DNA from: Camelus dromedarius
Taxonomy: Eukaryota
Assembly: GCF_036321535.1 (NCBI RefSeq)
Contig: NC_087442.1
Span: 71,920,001-71,984,000, forward strand
DNA: 64,000 bases
Direction of reading: 5' to 3'
Position 1 is the first letter of the stretch. Every line of letters begins with the position of its first letter. The notes under the pieces are model-generated. The model searched no databases and was not told the origin of the DNA. It worked only from the letters and a program-made list of their open reading frames with translations. The position numbers and the translations under genes are program-made. Shown here piece by piece: positions 24,660 to 38,179 of the stretch.

Positions 24660-26050
24660 CGTTCTCATGCTAACGTATAGTTTCAGGATAAGTCCCAGTG
24701 CTCAGGGCATATGGTTCTGTCCCTCACGTAGAAGGTCCTTTGCTCTTGCCATTTCCTAGTCAGGACTGCCCCTCCCACACACACTCTGTGACTTAATGGC
24801 TCCTACTTATCTTCAAATTTTAAATCAGTGTTCATGTCTCGAGACAGGGGTTCCCAGATCTCATAGATAGAAGCTCACCTGCTTCATCCTTTACAGCTCT
24901 TTATTATAATCTTACTCTTTATGACTCATTGATGTTTACAATGAAATAATGTGATCAATGTGATTGTCTGGTTTATATTTGTTTCTCCACTTTACTGTTA
25001 GTTTCCTGAGGGTAGAGCCCTTCTGTGGGTTTTCCATAGTTGTATTTGAGGCGAAGGAGGAACTTAAAGAATATTAATGAATTAATGAACCAATAAACCA
25101 ATGACTGTTTACCAAGTTCTGGAAAGCTGCTTTTCTTTTGGCTTTGAAAATGCCATACTTCCCTGATTTTTCTCCTGTCTCTCTCACTTCTTCTCAGACT
25201 CCTCTGATCATCCTGTAAATGTTAACACTACTGAAAATACGTGTCTAGAGCTTCTTCTCCTATCACTCTGCATGTTCTCTAGTAGAAATCCTAATTACTT
25301 TCATGACTTTATATTTCTCTAGGCAAGATCAGTCTCCTGATCCCTAGATGTATAGATTAACTGCCTCTGGAGACATATACATATAAATAAAACTCAACAT
25401 TTTAAAAATTAAACTCATGACTTAACAAGTTTAACTAAATGTCATCTCACCAAATCTATCCCTCCTGCTGTGGTCTCTCAGTTGCTTAGTCCAGACCTTG
25501 AGTTTCACCCTTCTTTTCTCTCACCTGTTACCAACTCAAACTATTCAGTAAATTTTATTGTTCTGCACCCTAAGAATTTAATTATTTGGTTTTTCCATCA
25601 TCACTGCCCCTTGTCTAGTTCCACTCTCCCTATTTCAGAGATTCCTGGAAGAGCTCCTTGAACTGTCCACCCTGCCTCCATTCCTGCCACTTTCAACCTA
25701 TTTTCCAACCAACTGACAGGATAATTTGTCTGAAATGCAGAACAGTTACATTACATGACTTCAAATGCTTCCATGGTTCCCCAATGTCATAAAAGTCCGA
25801 CTGCCTTAACGTTTAAATGTTGTCCCTGATCTTCCCTCCCTAGCTCGTGTTTTGCCATTCTTCAATCTAAATCCACAAGCAAAAGTGCTCCCTCCTACAA
25901 CATTCTTCCCTCTCATCATGCACTGACTGATTAACTCAGCCTTTAGGTTTTCACTTTTTTCAGTAATTTTCTCCTCTCCTGCCAGGTCTTGGCTATCTGT
26001 TTGTCCATGTGCTCCCTGACCACCTTATACCTCCTTCTTTGTAAAGCTTA
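24660..26050 (+). mobile_element. Old L2 LINE fragments
   Basis: Pyrimidine-rich L2-like text, e.g. ttggctttgaaaatgccatacttccctgatttttctcctgtctctctcac and cagttgcttagtccagaccttgag...ttctgcaccctaag. An L2 3' end lies near 24990-25090. Confidence 0.6.
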
Positions 26051-29000
26051 TCACGATTATGAAGGTAAGTAAATCCATTCCAGCCCCTGTGAAGAGTATA
26101 CAAAGCAGACAATCCACTTTAGGACAGGAATAGNNNNNNNNNNNNNNNNNNNNNNNNNNNNNNNNNNNNNNNNNNNNNNNNNNNNNNNNNNNNNNNNNNN
26201 NNNNNNNNNNNNNNNNNNNNNNNNNNNNNNNNNNNNNNNNNNNNNNNNNNNNNNNNNNNNNNNNNNNTTCCCAACTCTAACTTAATGTTCATTGTGGAGT
26301 AGGGAGGAGTAATAAAAATGTCTAAAGAAAGTGATGTATCATGAGTAAAAAGATATCATTTGTTTCTACTCAATTGTTCTCAAAAAAAATCTTCAATGCA
26401 TTCAACAAAATTTTCAATTGCTAAATTTTACATACTAATTTTATATCCCAAACAAGGTTACATAAATGTGTCAGTAATCTGTTTCTCCAAAGCCATTTAC
26501 CACATCCTATTCTTATCAGTAGGAATAGAAAAGCTTCCAGAGAAGATGTCAAACTCATCACTATTCAAAAAGTCATAGCTAGCACTACCCAAAAGATATC
26601 TGAAAGAAACCAACACCACTCTTGCCTTTGCTGCCAGTTTGGCACCCCTGTAAACAGAAGGCACATCTAGTGTCTCAGAAGTTGTGAAATCTGATTGCCA
26701 ATCCAGAGCAGACACAGAAGTCAAATGGATTTTTCTGAGATTTTGGATAATGAACAACAGTACATTACAAAGGCCTGCGGCAATTAGTCCATTGTGTAAG
26801 AAACATAAACCTTAAAACGTAAGCATTTCTTTTATCTCACTGCTTGTAAAGCTAGAATTACATCATAGAAAGCATTACCCTTAGAAGAGCAAAACACAAT
26901 AAAAGAATTAAACTTTAGAATCTTTAAACATTTTATTTCATAATGTCTAATGATATTTTTACAATCTTTTCTTTCGGCTTTGAAAATGCCATACTTCCCT
27001 AATTTAAGGGAAGCTTTAAGGGTACTGCTAATATTTTTTGATTTTTAAAAAAGCTTTCTTCAAGCCTTTTAAAAGCAACTTTTATCTTCTTAACAGGACA
27101 GACTCTGAACTGCCTCAGCACGTAACCACTGTACGAGCATAAATTATATTTTCCTCAGAGTATCAGTAACTTTTAAAGCAAGTTCCATCTGTACTATAAA
27201 TAACCCCTATCTGGGACATTCCAGAAGATTACAAATCATGTACCTGATCAAAGTTCTATTCCAGAGCTTCAGAAAATGCTTACACTTCAAAACTTGAAAT
27301 ACCACCTGGGGAATCAATGAACTTTCATGTCTATAAATACAAGAAGATAACAGTGGAACTCTTATTTGCATGTTTCTACCATCTCAATATATTCTGCTTT
27401 TAGATTTATCAGCTTATAAAATACCTTTACATAAAAATATTTCCTTCACTAAGATGTTTAAGAATATATTTAGTTACTGGCAATAGACTTCAGTGGGAAA
27501 TCAAGAAAGACTTATTCTTGATGTTTAATAATTATAATCTTTGGTATTCATTTAGGCATTTGGTAATTTCCATTAATCATGTATGTGTATATAATAGAAC
27601 AGTCGTAAAATGTTTAGATTTCTTCTAATAGCCTTCCTTAATTTTATAAGCCCAACAAATTCAAAAAATCTCATTTTTTTTGTTGTTGTTGTAAACTATG
27701 GAGTCAAGTTGCTGAATAAAATTACCCTCATCATCTCACGTCTCATGAAGACCTAAAATAACTTTACTCAATGCAATTTTTAATGTGTCTTTTTAAACTA
27801 ATAAAACCTGCCAGTTTCTTAGTCCTTCCTGAACTCACAAATTTAAGTCAACCAGTTGGGGGTTGTAAATTTTTCCTATACAGTTCATGGGACTTTTTCA
27901 TGAAAAAAATTTAAAAGATTCAGTGAATTTCTACTGTTCACGAACTCAATCTATGCTCTCTCTCAGTTGTGTTTCAATTCCTAAAAGGTAACTAGCATCA
28001 GTTTCAATTTTTAAAGAGATTTGAAGAGGCAAATTTTCCCTCATGTATAATGACCAGACCACATTACAACCAGCCTGTAATTTATTAAATGCACACGATG
28101 AAAATGGTGATTGTATACAATGACTTTCTGATAATCATATAATACCGTACACAGTGTGTTGTGATATTTACCTCTGAAACAGTATTTTCAGTTTGAAAGT
28201 TTTTCTTTCTCAGTTAAATCAAGTCTGACTGCACGAGAGGCCTATCTTTAAACCCCATCTCAGCAGAGGCCCAGCAGATTTGTGCTTCTCTTCCCTTTGA
28301 GACCTACGACAACAAAATGCCCAGCTGAGCCCAGAGCATTTTCCAAATGTTCCAAACCCAGAAGGCTGGTGTATCAAACATCCACATACTGTGACATTAA
28401 CCTCCAGCCATCAGCTGACTAAGGGCATTAGAGCTGTATTAAAACCATGTTGAGGTTTTAAATCACTTTGTCAAGTAACCCACATAGTGCCGTATTTTAT
28501 TACTATTCCAACAAGGAGTGGCGAGAAACAAGAACAGTATAGCTGAGTGTAAATTTTGAAAGAAAAATGTTCTGTTTAGATATGTAAGTTGTGTAAGCAG
28601 AATATGATAAAACTGTCATCTGGAACTCAAAGGGTATTTATTTTGATCATCTCTCTATAAGGAAGACTTCTTACTAAGTAGGGTTTTTCCAAACTAGTAG
28701 AGGATTTGCTCCTTTCAAATTTTGGTATCTTGAACCATAATGAATATTTCAACAGTATTATCAACTCTTCTGTCTTCTGAGGTGGAATATATTCAATGTA
28801 TTTTATCCTTTTCTTAATGATCAGTAATCATGATGATGAACAACAACTACTATATTGTAATGCAGTGATACTCTGAGTTACAAGTTAGGCATGTGGGTTT
28901 CATCTTATTTATTGTCCTAGGGACTCATATATGTGAGGAGATAATATGAGTCACACGAGAAAAAGTTCTTGCCTTTAAAGACGAACATGCAAGGGAAACC

Positions 29001-29079
29001 TCCTCTTCAGTGTGGAGAGAATATAAACAGGAGAACAATGCCAAGTAAGGGTTCTCAGTCAAATATCTTGGCTGATATC

Positions 29080-29260
29080 TTGGCTTGGTCACTGATTAGT
29101 TATATAGTCTAGAGTAAGAGCCTTAACTCCTCAGTACCCACATCCACACAATGGGGTAAATAAAAACAGCTCCAGGTCAGAGCCCAGCAATAAATGAGCT
29201 CATATGTGCAGAGTGCTTAGAAGAGTGCCTGATAAATGGTATAGATGACTAGCTGTTTAT
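29080..29260 (+). mobile_element. MIR fragment
   Basis: ggtcactgattagttatatag...ccttaactcctcagtacccacatcc...acaatgggg...atatgtgcagagtgcttagaagagtgcctg. Confidence 0.55.
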
Positions 29261-29447
29261 ATAGGGCGCAGAAAAGTTAAGAAGCCACTGTAATGTTGTA
29301 TATAGACATATAAAGAGGGTTCATTGTGTAACAGAGCACCTGGTTGGGTACGTGGAAGGGATATGAGGAAGGTGGAGGTAAAAGAGGACAATATTTAAAA
29401 GTGGTATCCTCTAAAAGGTTAATGCATTGATTAAAAGGTTGGTGTTA

Positions 29448-29780
29448 ATGGAAAAAACTAAATGCCCATCAACAGATGAATAGATAAAGAAGATGTGTTA
29501 TATTTATACAATGGAGTATATTACTCAGCCATAAAAACTGAAATAATGCCATTTGCAGCAACATGGATGGATGTAGAGATTGTCATATTAAGTGAAATTG
29601 AGTCAGACAGAGAAAGACAAATATCACTTATTACGTGGAATCTAAAAAAAAAAGAAACAAATTTTATCTACAAGCCAGAAATAGACACATCTATATATAT
29701 GCATGTATATGTATAACTGAATCACTCTGCTGTACACCTGAAACTAACATTGTCAATCAACTACAACAAAAATTAAAATT
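29448..29780 (+). mobile_element. 5'-truncated L1 (3' UTR end)
   Basis: aaatgcccatcaacagatgaatagataaagaagatgtg...ataatgccatttgcagcaacatggatgga...gaatcactctgctgtacacctgaaactaac followed by an A-rich tail. Confidence 0.85.
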
Positions 29781-29867
29781 CTGTTAAAGGATTTTTCTAC
29801 ACATTACTGGTAGCATCTGACTTTAGCAACATTTCTTTCATCTTTAACTACAGTTACCCACCAACAG

Positions 29868-30201
29868 TGTAGATAAATGGTCCACAGATAGTTAAGATAT
29901 GTACCTCAAGAAATATTTCAATGACTTTGAGATTCCTGCTTCTTCCCATACATCATAGAAAAGCACTAAATCATTAACTAAAGATACCTGTTCTTTGTGA
30001 GTGGCAGTCATTTTTCACCAAGGTGTAGGCTTCACTACATGTATTTCCTCACCAAAAATTTATCTTGCTCCTCTCCTATCTCTTCAGAGCAATTCCTCAG
30101 AGCTATCTGAGAGGCTCTTTCTCTGCCTATAGTCCTTGGTAAGATCCCTGAATAAGACTGAAACTCACAACTTTCATTGTGCATTTTTCTTTCAGTTGAC
30201 A
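29868..30201 (+). mobile_element. Probable ERV solo LTR (boundaries approximate)
   Basis: The 3' part cagagcaattcctcagagctatctgagaggct...tatagtcctt..taagatccctgaataagactgaaactcacaact...ttcagttgaca is LTR-like and ends in CA. No TSD found. Confidence 0.5.
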
Positions 30202-31429
30202 AAGGTTAAACATTTCTTTAAATCTGTGTATCTTCAAGGAGACACAGTATAAAACCTCCTTTTTGGAATCTCTGTTTTTGCAGCTAGTGCCGGGGAAATA
30301 CTAGGTAATAAATAAACAGCAATGGCATTATTGCATGGACTTTATGATGTTGGGGACAAAAACCTTTTCTACTTACCTCCTGACTTTCAATTCTGTCCAA
30401 CATAGGGTTATGTGGCCACAAACATTTCAATTAAACAAGGGCAATGTTGGTATTTCTTTAAACCAAACACATGGGAAACAGACTTCAGCACAGTAAAATG
30501 CAATTTTGATGACTGACAAAGTCCAGGTCGCAGGAGAGGGAGCAGTGTCCCGAGACTGGTGAGGCCACCTTGTGGATGATGGTTTTGTGCTAGGTGCCAG
30601 CTCTGCTTTTCTCCTAATGGAGCTCGGATACTATTTGGTGCAACAATTATATTTAAAAACAAAAAAAGCCCTGGATAAGGACAGGCCCTTAGAGTTCTCC
30701 AGGGACTTGACTTTCATCCTGACTTCCCAAAGTGAATGAAGTGAACTGAGCAGCTATCTTTAAATTACGAAATTTTAATACTGAAACACAAATATCCTAC
30801 CCTAGCAGAAATTGTAAGTGCTCCAAAATTTGAACCATCAGAATGTCATCAATCTGATTTATTATCATTGTAAAATGCTGAATCAAAGACAAGATCCTCT
30901 CTCTTTCCCTAGGAAACCACTTGCTCCTTTGCATAATATCAACATGAGGTCATTCATCTGAATACAATTCTTCCTTGACACTAATTTTTCACTAACACTG
31001 TTGAAATAATCTTAACAAGGCTTTCTCAGCCTAGCTGTTTTCCAGATGATTTAACCCACAAAGTTGAACTTAGAAAAATGTTAGCACTTAAGGTTGAGAT
31101 CTCCCAAAAGACGACACAGTAAAATGTATGAGATATGACTGTAGATTAGGATCAATTACAGATTATGAGATACGACCACACCTTCAGCATCTAACGTTTA
31201 ATGTATCTCTGACCTCAAGACACAAGCAACAATTTCTTTATCACACAGGAGGACAAACACATTTTGCCCTTAGCAAAAACTGGTCAGATGAAATCGAAAG
31301 TGCACTTAAGGATCAGGAAAAAAAAAAAAAAAAAGAAAAGAAAAGGTAAGTTTTGTGTATCTATTGTAAATAAACTTGATTTTTGACTATATCATTATTA
31401 ACACATGAATGGAAGAATTCTGTTGCTTT

Positions 31430-32430
31430 GAAGAACACCTTTGAAAAGATTGGACCGCATAGGGTCTTTTAAGGTACATCCAGGATTTTGGAAAACAAGT
31501 GACCAAAATGGACAGGCACGATAAAATTTCCAATCTGAAAAGATCGCCTTGGCTGTGCTATGGAAAAATGATGAGAGGAAAGAAGACAAGATTTGTACAG
31601 AGAAGTGGGCAGCTATTCAAAAGTTTCCACAAGGAGATATAACAACCTGAATGAGGACAATAGAGGTGGAGAATGAAAGGGCAGACAGACTTACAATGTA
31701 TTCTGGAGGCCAAACCAACAAACCTCAGTGATTAATTCATCACTGTCAGATATGGTAGGATCTAGTGGACAGTCAGCAAGAGGAAATTTCAGGGGATGGT
31801 GGTTACTTAACTGACGTGCGGAATGGTAGAAGACCAGGTTTAAGGAACGAAGAGTGGACATATGATAATGGTTTTGAACATGATGAATTGGAGGTACCTT
31901 GGAGATCACCTTAGAGTTGAGTAGGTAATTAGAAATTCTGATTCAGAGATTAGAGAAGTATGAACTGGAGATAGACATTTGTGAATCATCAAGAAATAGA
32001 CAGTACTAAAAATCATGGGTGCAAATTAGATCAAGGATATGGAGTAGGAAATAAAAAAAAGAGCTTGTGATACAGCCTTGAGGAATTGTTAACAGTTTTA
32101 TGTCAAAGAGGAGGAGACTGCAAAGGACACTGAAAAGGAAAAGAAAATCAAAGTAGGATTCAGATCAGGGAGAATGCATGAACAGGACAAAATAGGAGAA
32201 TTTTTCAAACCTGAAGAAGAGCTATCAGTAATCTTACATTATGTATCCACTTGATTTATGGACACTGGTGTCACTGATGACATTTTGGCAAAATGGTATG
32301 TCTGGAAGTCAGAAAGTCATGGGTCAGAGAATAAAACTGGCAAGGATAATGGTGACAATAAGTACTGACAATCTTTTGTTTTGTTTTGTTTTTAAGAAAT
32401 CTGACTAAAAAGAGGAGAAGAGGGGGAGAG
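31430..32430 (-). mobile_element. L2 fragment
   Basis: aaaagatcgccttggctgtgctatgg, ggttttgaacatgatgaattggaggtacc, gaactggagatagacatttgtgaatcatc: L2 antisense pattern. Confidence 0.6.
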
Positions 32431-32916
32431 ATAAGACAGTGCTGATTTCAAATCCAGTACTTTCCAACAGAAACATCATCTTTACTTTCTTACTCAGTGT
32501 TGGAATTTCCTTTCACATTTCTTTTCTATTAAAAACACCATGCATGTATCACTGAAGCTAGTCATCTGGTTCTAACACATACCCTCTACCAAGACTTCCC
32601 TGGTCCTATCCCATCCTGCAACACACGGAAACGGTCGCCAGTACTCCGCACTTCCCCTGCTACCTAAATGAGCATGTGACTTAGTTTCACAAGACTACCC
32701 AAGTTCTATTATTTAGCTTAAACATAATAATGTAACTTTTTAAAAACACAGTTTGCTCAACTAAAAGGGAATAATGACCCTTATGTCATGGATGTCCATG
32801 AAAGTTGAGTGAGAGTGAATCCAAACTGCTCATCACATTTCCTGATCACTGTAGATCTCAACAATCAGCAGTTGAATTAGAATGTGACCCATCTGCACTG
32901 GATGTTTTTTACCCAG

Positions 32917-33302
32917 TGTTAAAAAGAAGACAGCAGGATCAAAATGGAGTCGCTTATGTTCATTTCCACTTCACCCATCTGAGACAACTTTATTACAGTT
33001 TTGGCTCTCCCAGAAAGGGAATGTGAAACCAATCAATCATCAACTGCAAGGTCAGCACTAGTGAAGTAATCTACCTGGCCCACCCTTGCCGTCCCCTAAA
33101 GGAAGGCAATCTTTCAATAACCAACCTGCTTTCTTGCCTCCAGTAACTTCCTTGTTCCCACTCCCTTCCGCCTGTAACCGTCTTTCATTTTGTACTGCTC
33201 CTCAAGCTTTTTATCTGCTAGACTGAATACTGCCTGATTCATAAATAATTGAATAAAGCCAGTAAGATCTGTAAAACTTACTCAGTTGAATTTTGTTTAA
33301 CA
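32917..33302 (+). mobile_element. ERV1-class solo LTR, complete, with 4-bp TSD
   Basis: Starts tgttaaa and ends tttaaca (terminal inverted repeat). Flanked by ccag on both sides (32913-32916, 33303-33306). Contains aaaatggagtc near the 5' end and AATAAA at 33252. Confidence 0.85.
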
Positions 33303-34299
33303 CCAGTTTCCACTTGGTAACTCCACGTGAACATAAGAATCACATAAAATGCTCTTGAGAAAATTAACATTTAAATAGCATTCAGATTAGGTTGAATCAA
33401 GATTTATTTCACTGAACTTTATCATCATTATCAGCAATTAGTTTAAAATAGATACATAATGTGCTATTTCAATCCAAGCATTTTTTAAAAAACAAACCCA
33501 CAAATTGAGGGTAGGTTAGTTCAAGTAACTTACAACAACATTCCCACTGTTATTTACTGGAAGATTAAAAGTTTGACTTAAATAACTTATCTTATAATTT
33601 TGTTTATAATCTTTTTAACTTAAAGAGAATTACTTTGTAAATCTACAGAGATGTGGAAAAAAATCAATGTTTATGATTTACTTTCACAACTTTCAATTTT
33701 AATATTAGGGATGGGCAAAAATATTCTACACATGGGAGCGGAGATATAATTTCCACTCACTCCCTTGAGCTTGTAAATTAAAAAGGAAACACCAGCATGT
33801 ATACGGAGAAGTAGAAGAATGGCAGAAAAGAAAAAAATCTAAGTCAATTTACCAAAGGACGGTGGAAAATCATGAATTTATTTAAAATGCTTATATTCTC
33901 TTTTGTGTGAGTGATACGCATTTGAGATCTCAAACCTGAACTAGAAGCAGGTGATTGAACAAAATGACTAGAAGGAAGAGGACTATTTATACTCTCATTT
34001 ATTTTTTGACATAAAGTTGGAAAATTTCTAAGGTCGAGGCAATGATTCCAGAAGAAAAATTTTGAGGCAGCAGTATAAAAGTAGGGGATTTTAATACACT
34101 ATTGATTAATAGAACATGGCATTTCAAATTCATGTGAAAAATAAGGCAAGTATCCTTAATATTCATGTAACTGAGGTTGAAACATTTGCTTATTTTTAAT
34201 AAAATTGCATTTCTTTTCCACTTTATTTTGAACATCAATGTACTGACCTAGACATTGTACCTATTCAATACATTATTTTATGTTTCAAAGTTAGCTCAG

Positions 34300-34892
34300 T
34301 GTAGTAGACAGAAATCTAGGAGGCCCCCAGGATTCCCACCCTCTGGTGTACACATCTTGTGTAATCTCCTCCCTTTAAGTGTGGGGAGGACTATGAACAC
34401 GATGGATTATCACTCTTGTGATTAGATTTTGAATTAATCAGAAAGGGGTATTACACTGGGTAGGCCTGTCCTAATCATGTGAGCTTTTCAAAAGATGATT
34501 AAAAGTGTCAGACAGGTGTTCTCTTGTTGGTCTCAAAGATGAAGTGAGTTACAATGCTGTGAGAGGGTCTCTGGGTTAGTAGGGGATCTGTGGTCTCAGG
34601 AGCTGCCAGAGAACTCAGGGACCTCAGTCAACATAGCCATTAGGGAATGAATTCTGCCAAAAACTATCTGCATTTGGAAGAGAACACCCCAAAACCTCAG
34701 ATGAGATTGGAATCCTGCCTTTCCCCTTGATTTCAACCTAGTGAGACACTGAGCAGAAAAGCCATCTAACCAATATCTGGACTCCTGATCCAGAGGAATT
34801 GTCAGATAATAAATTTGAGTAGTTTCAAGTCACTGAGTTTGTTATTTGTTGTTGTTATTTGTAGAAATTTGTATGAATAAAAAGCTAATACA
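34300..34892 (+). mobile_element. MLT1E/F-like MaLR solo LTR
   Basis: tgtagtagacagaaatctaggaggcccccaggattcccaccctctggtgtacac...aaacctcagatgaga...gataataaatt...gctaataca. Confidence 0.75.
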
Positions 34893-35499
34893 AAGAAGAA
34901 AATTGACACATTGTAAAATGATTATAAATCAATAAAAAATGTTAAAAAAAAAGAAAATCAAAAAAAAGTTCTGTAATATTCAGAGAAGTGAAATAGAAAG
35001 CTACAAGGTATAATATATTCAGAATTATAATCAACTGTTAATTCAGCAATTTAAAAATAACTCCTAATGCTAATGTAAGTATGGGAATATGCGCTAGTAT
35101 AAAGACCAGAAGAATATATATAAATATTTAGATCTGGTAAGGTGCTTCGATTTCTGCAACAACTAAAACCTCACTAATATCATCACAGTATTACTTGGAT
35201 AACAAGTGAAATGTTGAGGACTAAGTACTTTTTGATCCATCTGACACGTAGTTCACATTTGGAGAAAGAGCAGGAAAATCGCAGACTGAGTCTGGTGGTC
35301 TTGTTGTTGCTGGGATTTGACTAATTGAATTTACAAAGTTCCTACAAACTAGCTTATATCATAGTCACTAAACCAGCAATTTTACCTTCGCATATTTACA
35401 TTTTAGATGAATGAGCTATGAACCTCTATTATCTGCTCACACTAATACTAACATTTACATCAAGGGCTCTGCATCAGCCCTGCTCAAATCTGCCTGGCC

Positions 35500-35964
35500 C
35501 TCTCTCTTACTGCAGCCAATGTCCCAGTGGCGGTAGTCCAGTCAATTTCTACAGCACCTTGTCTGGGCTGAGCAGCATACTTCCCCTGACCAGGGCCTCC
35601 TCCAATACTATGGCATGGGGACACCCTAAGAAGTCCACTCGGCATTCAGACAAGCCCAAGCAGGAAGTGAGGGTAGTTAACACAACCACGGAGCCAAGTT
35701 TCATCAAGGAAGATCCGAAGCTTCTGAATAATGCTTTCTGCTTTTGTTCTCTCTGGACAGACAGCTTCCCAGAAATCCCAAGGATGGAGCACCAGGTAGA
35801 GCAACAATCAACTCAACAGTGCATTCCAGCGTTAGGTTTCTCTGGTGCCAGTTCTCACTCCTCCTAGTCCTCATTCCTGCTCACCAGGCTCCCTTGCCAA
35901 ATAAATCACCTGTAAGGAATCCTTTCTCTGAGGGCCTGCTCTCTGGGAAGCTCAGGTTAAGACA
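35500..35964 (+). mobile_element. ERVL-type LTR (LTR16/33-like), 5' boundary uncertain
   Basis: 3' end aataaatcacctgtaaggaatcctttctctgagggcctgctctctgggaagctcaggttaagaca is typical of ERVL LTR ends. Confidence 0.6.
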
Positions 35965-37544
35965 AATTGTATGTATAACATATTTAAATTCTTTAATTTG
36001 CAGTACATTTAATTTGATTTGATTACAGATATTTTAAAACCTATGTTTTGACCTCTAAATTATAATCTTGTGGAAGTGTATGTTTGAACAGAAGTGAATA
36101 GTCTCAATCAGATTAAAATATTTACCATATTAAAAGGAATGCAGAATGTAGTTATATTCCTGTCAATTGTAAAGTTTATGGAACTGTCTGTTTTTCCTCA
36201 AGTAAAATTTTCACAAGTACTAACATGCCTTTCAGTTTACGACAGGTGCGTGCTGATCAAGTCTTTCCAAATCATCTGCCTTCTCTTAAGTTTGGAGGAC
36301 GATTCTGGTCCTGTTATTATCCAGGAGGCTTTCCCCTATCATATGTTGTATAGCTGATCCAAGTAGAAGACTGCTTTTAATTAATATTATGGGGTTTTCT
36401 TTTGCAAGAGAGAGAATGAGAGCAATTACAAAACATCTTGAGAAAAGAAAATGTAGAAACTGCACTTGTAGTATGCAGACAAATGTGATGCATCAGTCTG
36501 AAAGAAAGTGACTCTGGCATGGGTCATGTATAGAGATGCGGGATTCACTGAATATGGACCATACTATTAGCTTAGAAATAAGCCTATGACTTGTTTATTG
36601 GAACAAAGCAAGAAGAACTCAAATAGAAAAAAGTAAATGGGTAAAGAAAAAACTTAACTTTTTTTTAATGGGTCATATTAAAAACCTAAGAAAGGAGTGA
36701 GGGATTGTTCTTAAGGGAAACTATTAAATGTCCAGTACTAATAAGCCATTTGGAAGCCCTAGATGAACAGACCATACCAAAACCCATAATAAAGAATTTT
36801 TCGTAGTAACATGGAAAGCAACCATTTGATTCAGTATGAATAACACAAAGAGAGCTTATGGCTGAATATACAGTAAGAAGTTATCAAATTAGAAGAGCTT
36901 TATGAATAGATGATGAACAATAAAATAAATTAAGCTATGGGAAGCAAAAATCTTGTAAGGAATACAGTGATTTTGCTCATCTCCTAAATAGCTCATACTT
37001 TGCTTTAACTCATGATGTGCTTCTCCAAAGTGGAACAAACCTGAAGTACTATTACTCAAAAAAAAAAAAAAAAAAAAGAGCACCTTTGCTCTCAGGATTT
37101 TGCTGGGTCTTTGCTTGAGCCCTAGAAATTCAAGCATATCTAAATATTCCAGAGAGTTTCCTTACCTGTCTGTCGCTCCTCATAAGACTATGTTTTGAGG
37201 GGAAAAGACTTTAAAATGATATATTTTCAGATTGTTAATATCTGTAGTTAACTCTGCCTAAGAAAGTGTGAGGGCTATGTAGTTTGACTAAAGCCATGCC
37301 AAGAAGTTTCAGTACTACTGTCTTGTTTGAAATTCCCTTGAGGAAGGGAGACAGGGGTTGCTAAGATTTTAATCTTTCTTCCCCTTGCCACCTTGCACCC
37401 CACATCTTATCTGATACACTCCAGGGAAGCTATCTTATGAATATATTTGGGGAGGGGGAATCTTCAATTAAGGCCAGATCTCCCATCTCCCTTTCTCCCT
37501 CCTTCACTGAGAATTCCTCAAAGGCAGCCAGTGGCTTTAAAAAT

Positions 37545-38070
37545 GTAAAGCCATGTAAATACCATGTTGTTACAAGTATCAATAGTTCATTCCTTTTATT
37601 GCCTATTATATCCCATTGTAGAGATATACCATAATTTATTTATCCACTCACATAGTGAGGGACATGTGAGTTGTTTTTCCAAGTTTGAGGCTGTTAGAAA
37701 TAAAGCTGCTATGAATATCCATATATAAGTCTTGGTGTGGACATATGCTTCCATTTCTCTTGGGTGAATACCTAGAAGTTGAATGGCTGGATCATATGGT
37801 AGGTATATAACTTTTTAAGAAATTGTCAAGCCGCTTTTGCAAATGGTTGTACCATTTTATATCCCTATGCCAGTGTAAAGAGTTCTACTTGCGTTATATC
37901 CTTGCCGACACTTGAAAAAGTCAATCTTCTTCTTTTTAGCCAAATAAATATGTATCGGTAACTCACTGTAGTTTTAACTTACTTTTACCTGATGACTAGA
38001 AAGGTTGAACATCTTTTCATACTTTACTGTTCCTATAGTATCTACATATTGCATGATTCCGTTAATATAA
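37545..38070 (-). mobile_element. L1 (L1M) 3' fragment
   Basis: aatagttcattccttttattgc...ataaagctgctatgaatatcc...ggctggatcatatggtagg...ggttgtaccatttta. Confidence 0.8.
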
Positions 38071-38179
38071 ATTCAAGATCTTGTAAGCAAACCTGTATTT
38101 TGACCAAAAGCAGACCAATGGTTGCCTGGGTACAGAAATGGGTAACAGGTGGATTCCACAGGTGTAAAAAACAGCTGTT

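Noticed and set aside
29063-29085. Short tandem duplications such as atatcttggct x2 (also cttatcact x2 near 38822)
   Set aside because: Ordinary slippage-scale duplications, common in any mammalian sequence.
29443-29791. tgttaa(t/a)gga flanking the L1 as a TSD
   Set aside because: Only 9/10 identical, does not fit the TT/AAAA target pattern, and the downstream copy may be an LTR start. Ambiguous.
35418-35867. 149-aa ORF
   Set aside because: Lies within an ERVL-type LTR whose higher GC content reduces stop frequency. No retroviral protein motifs.
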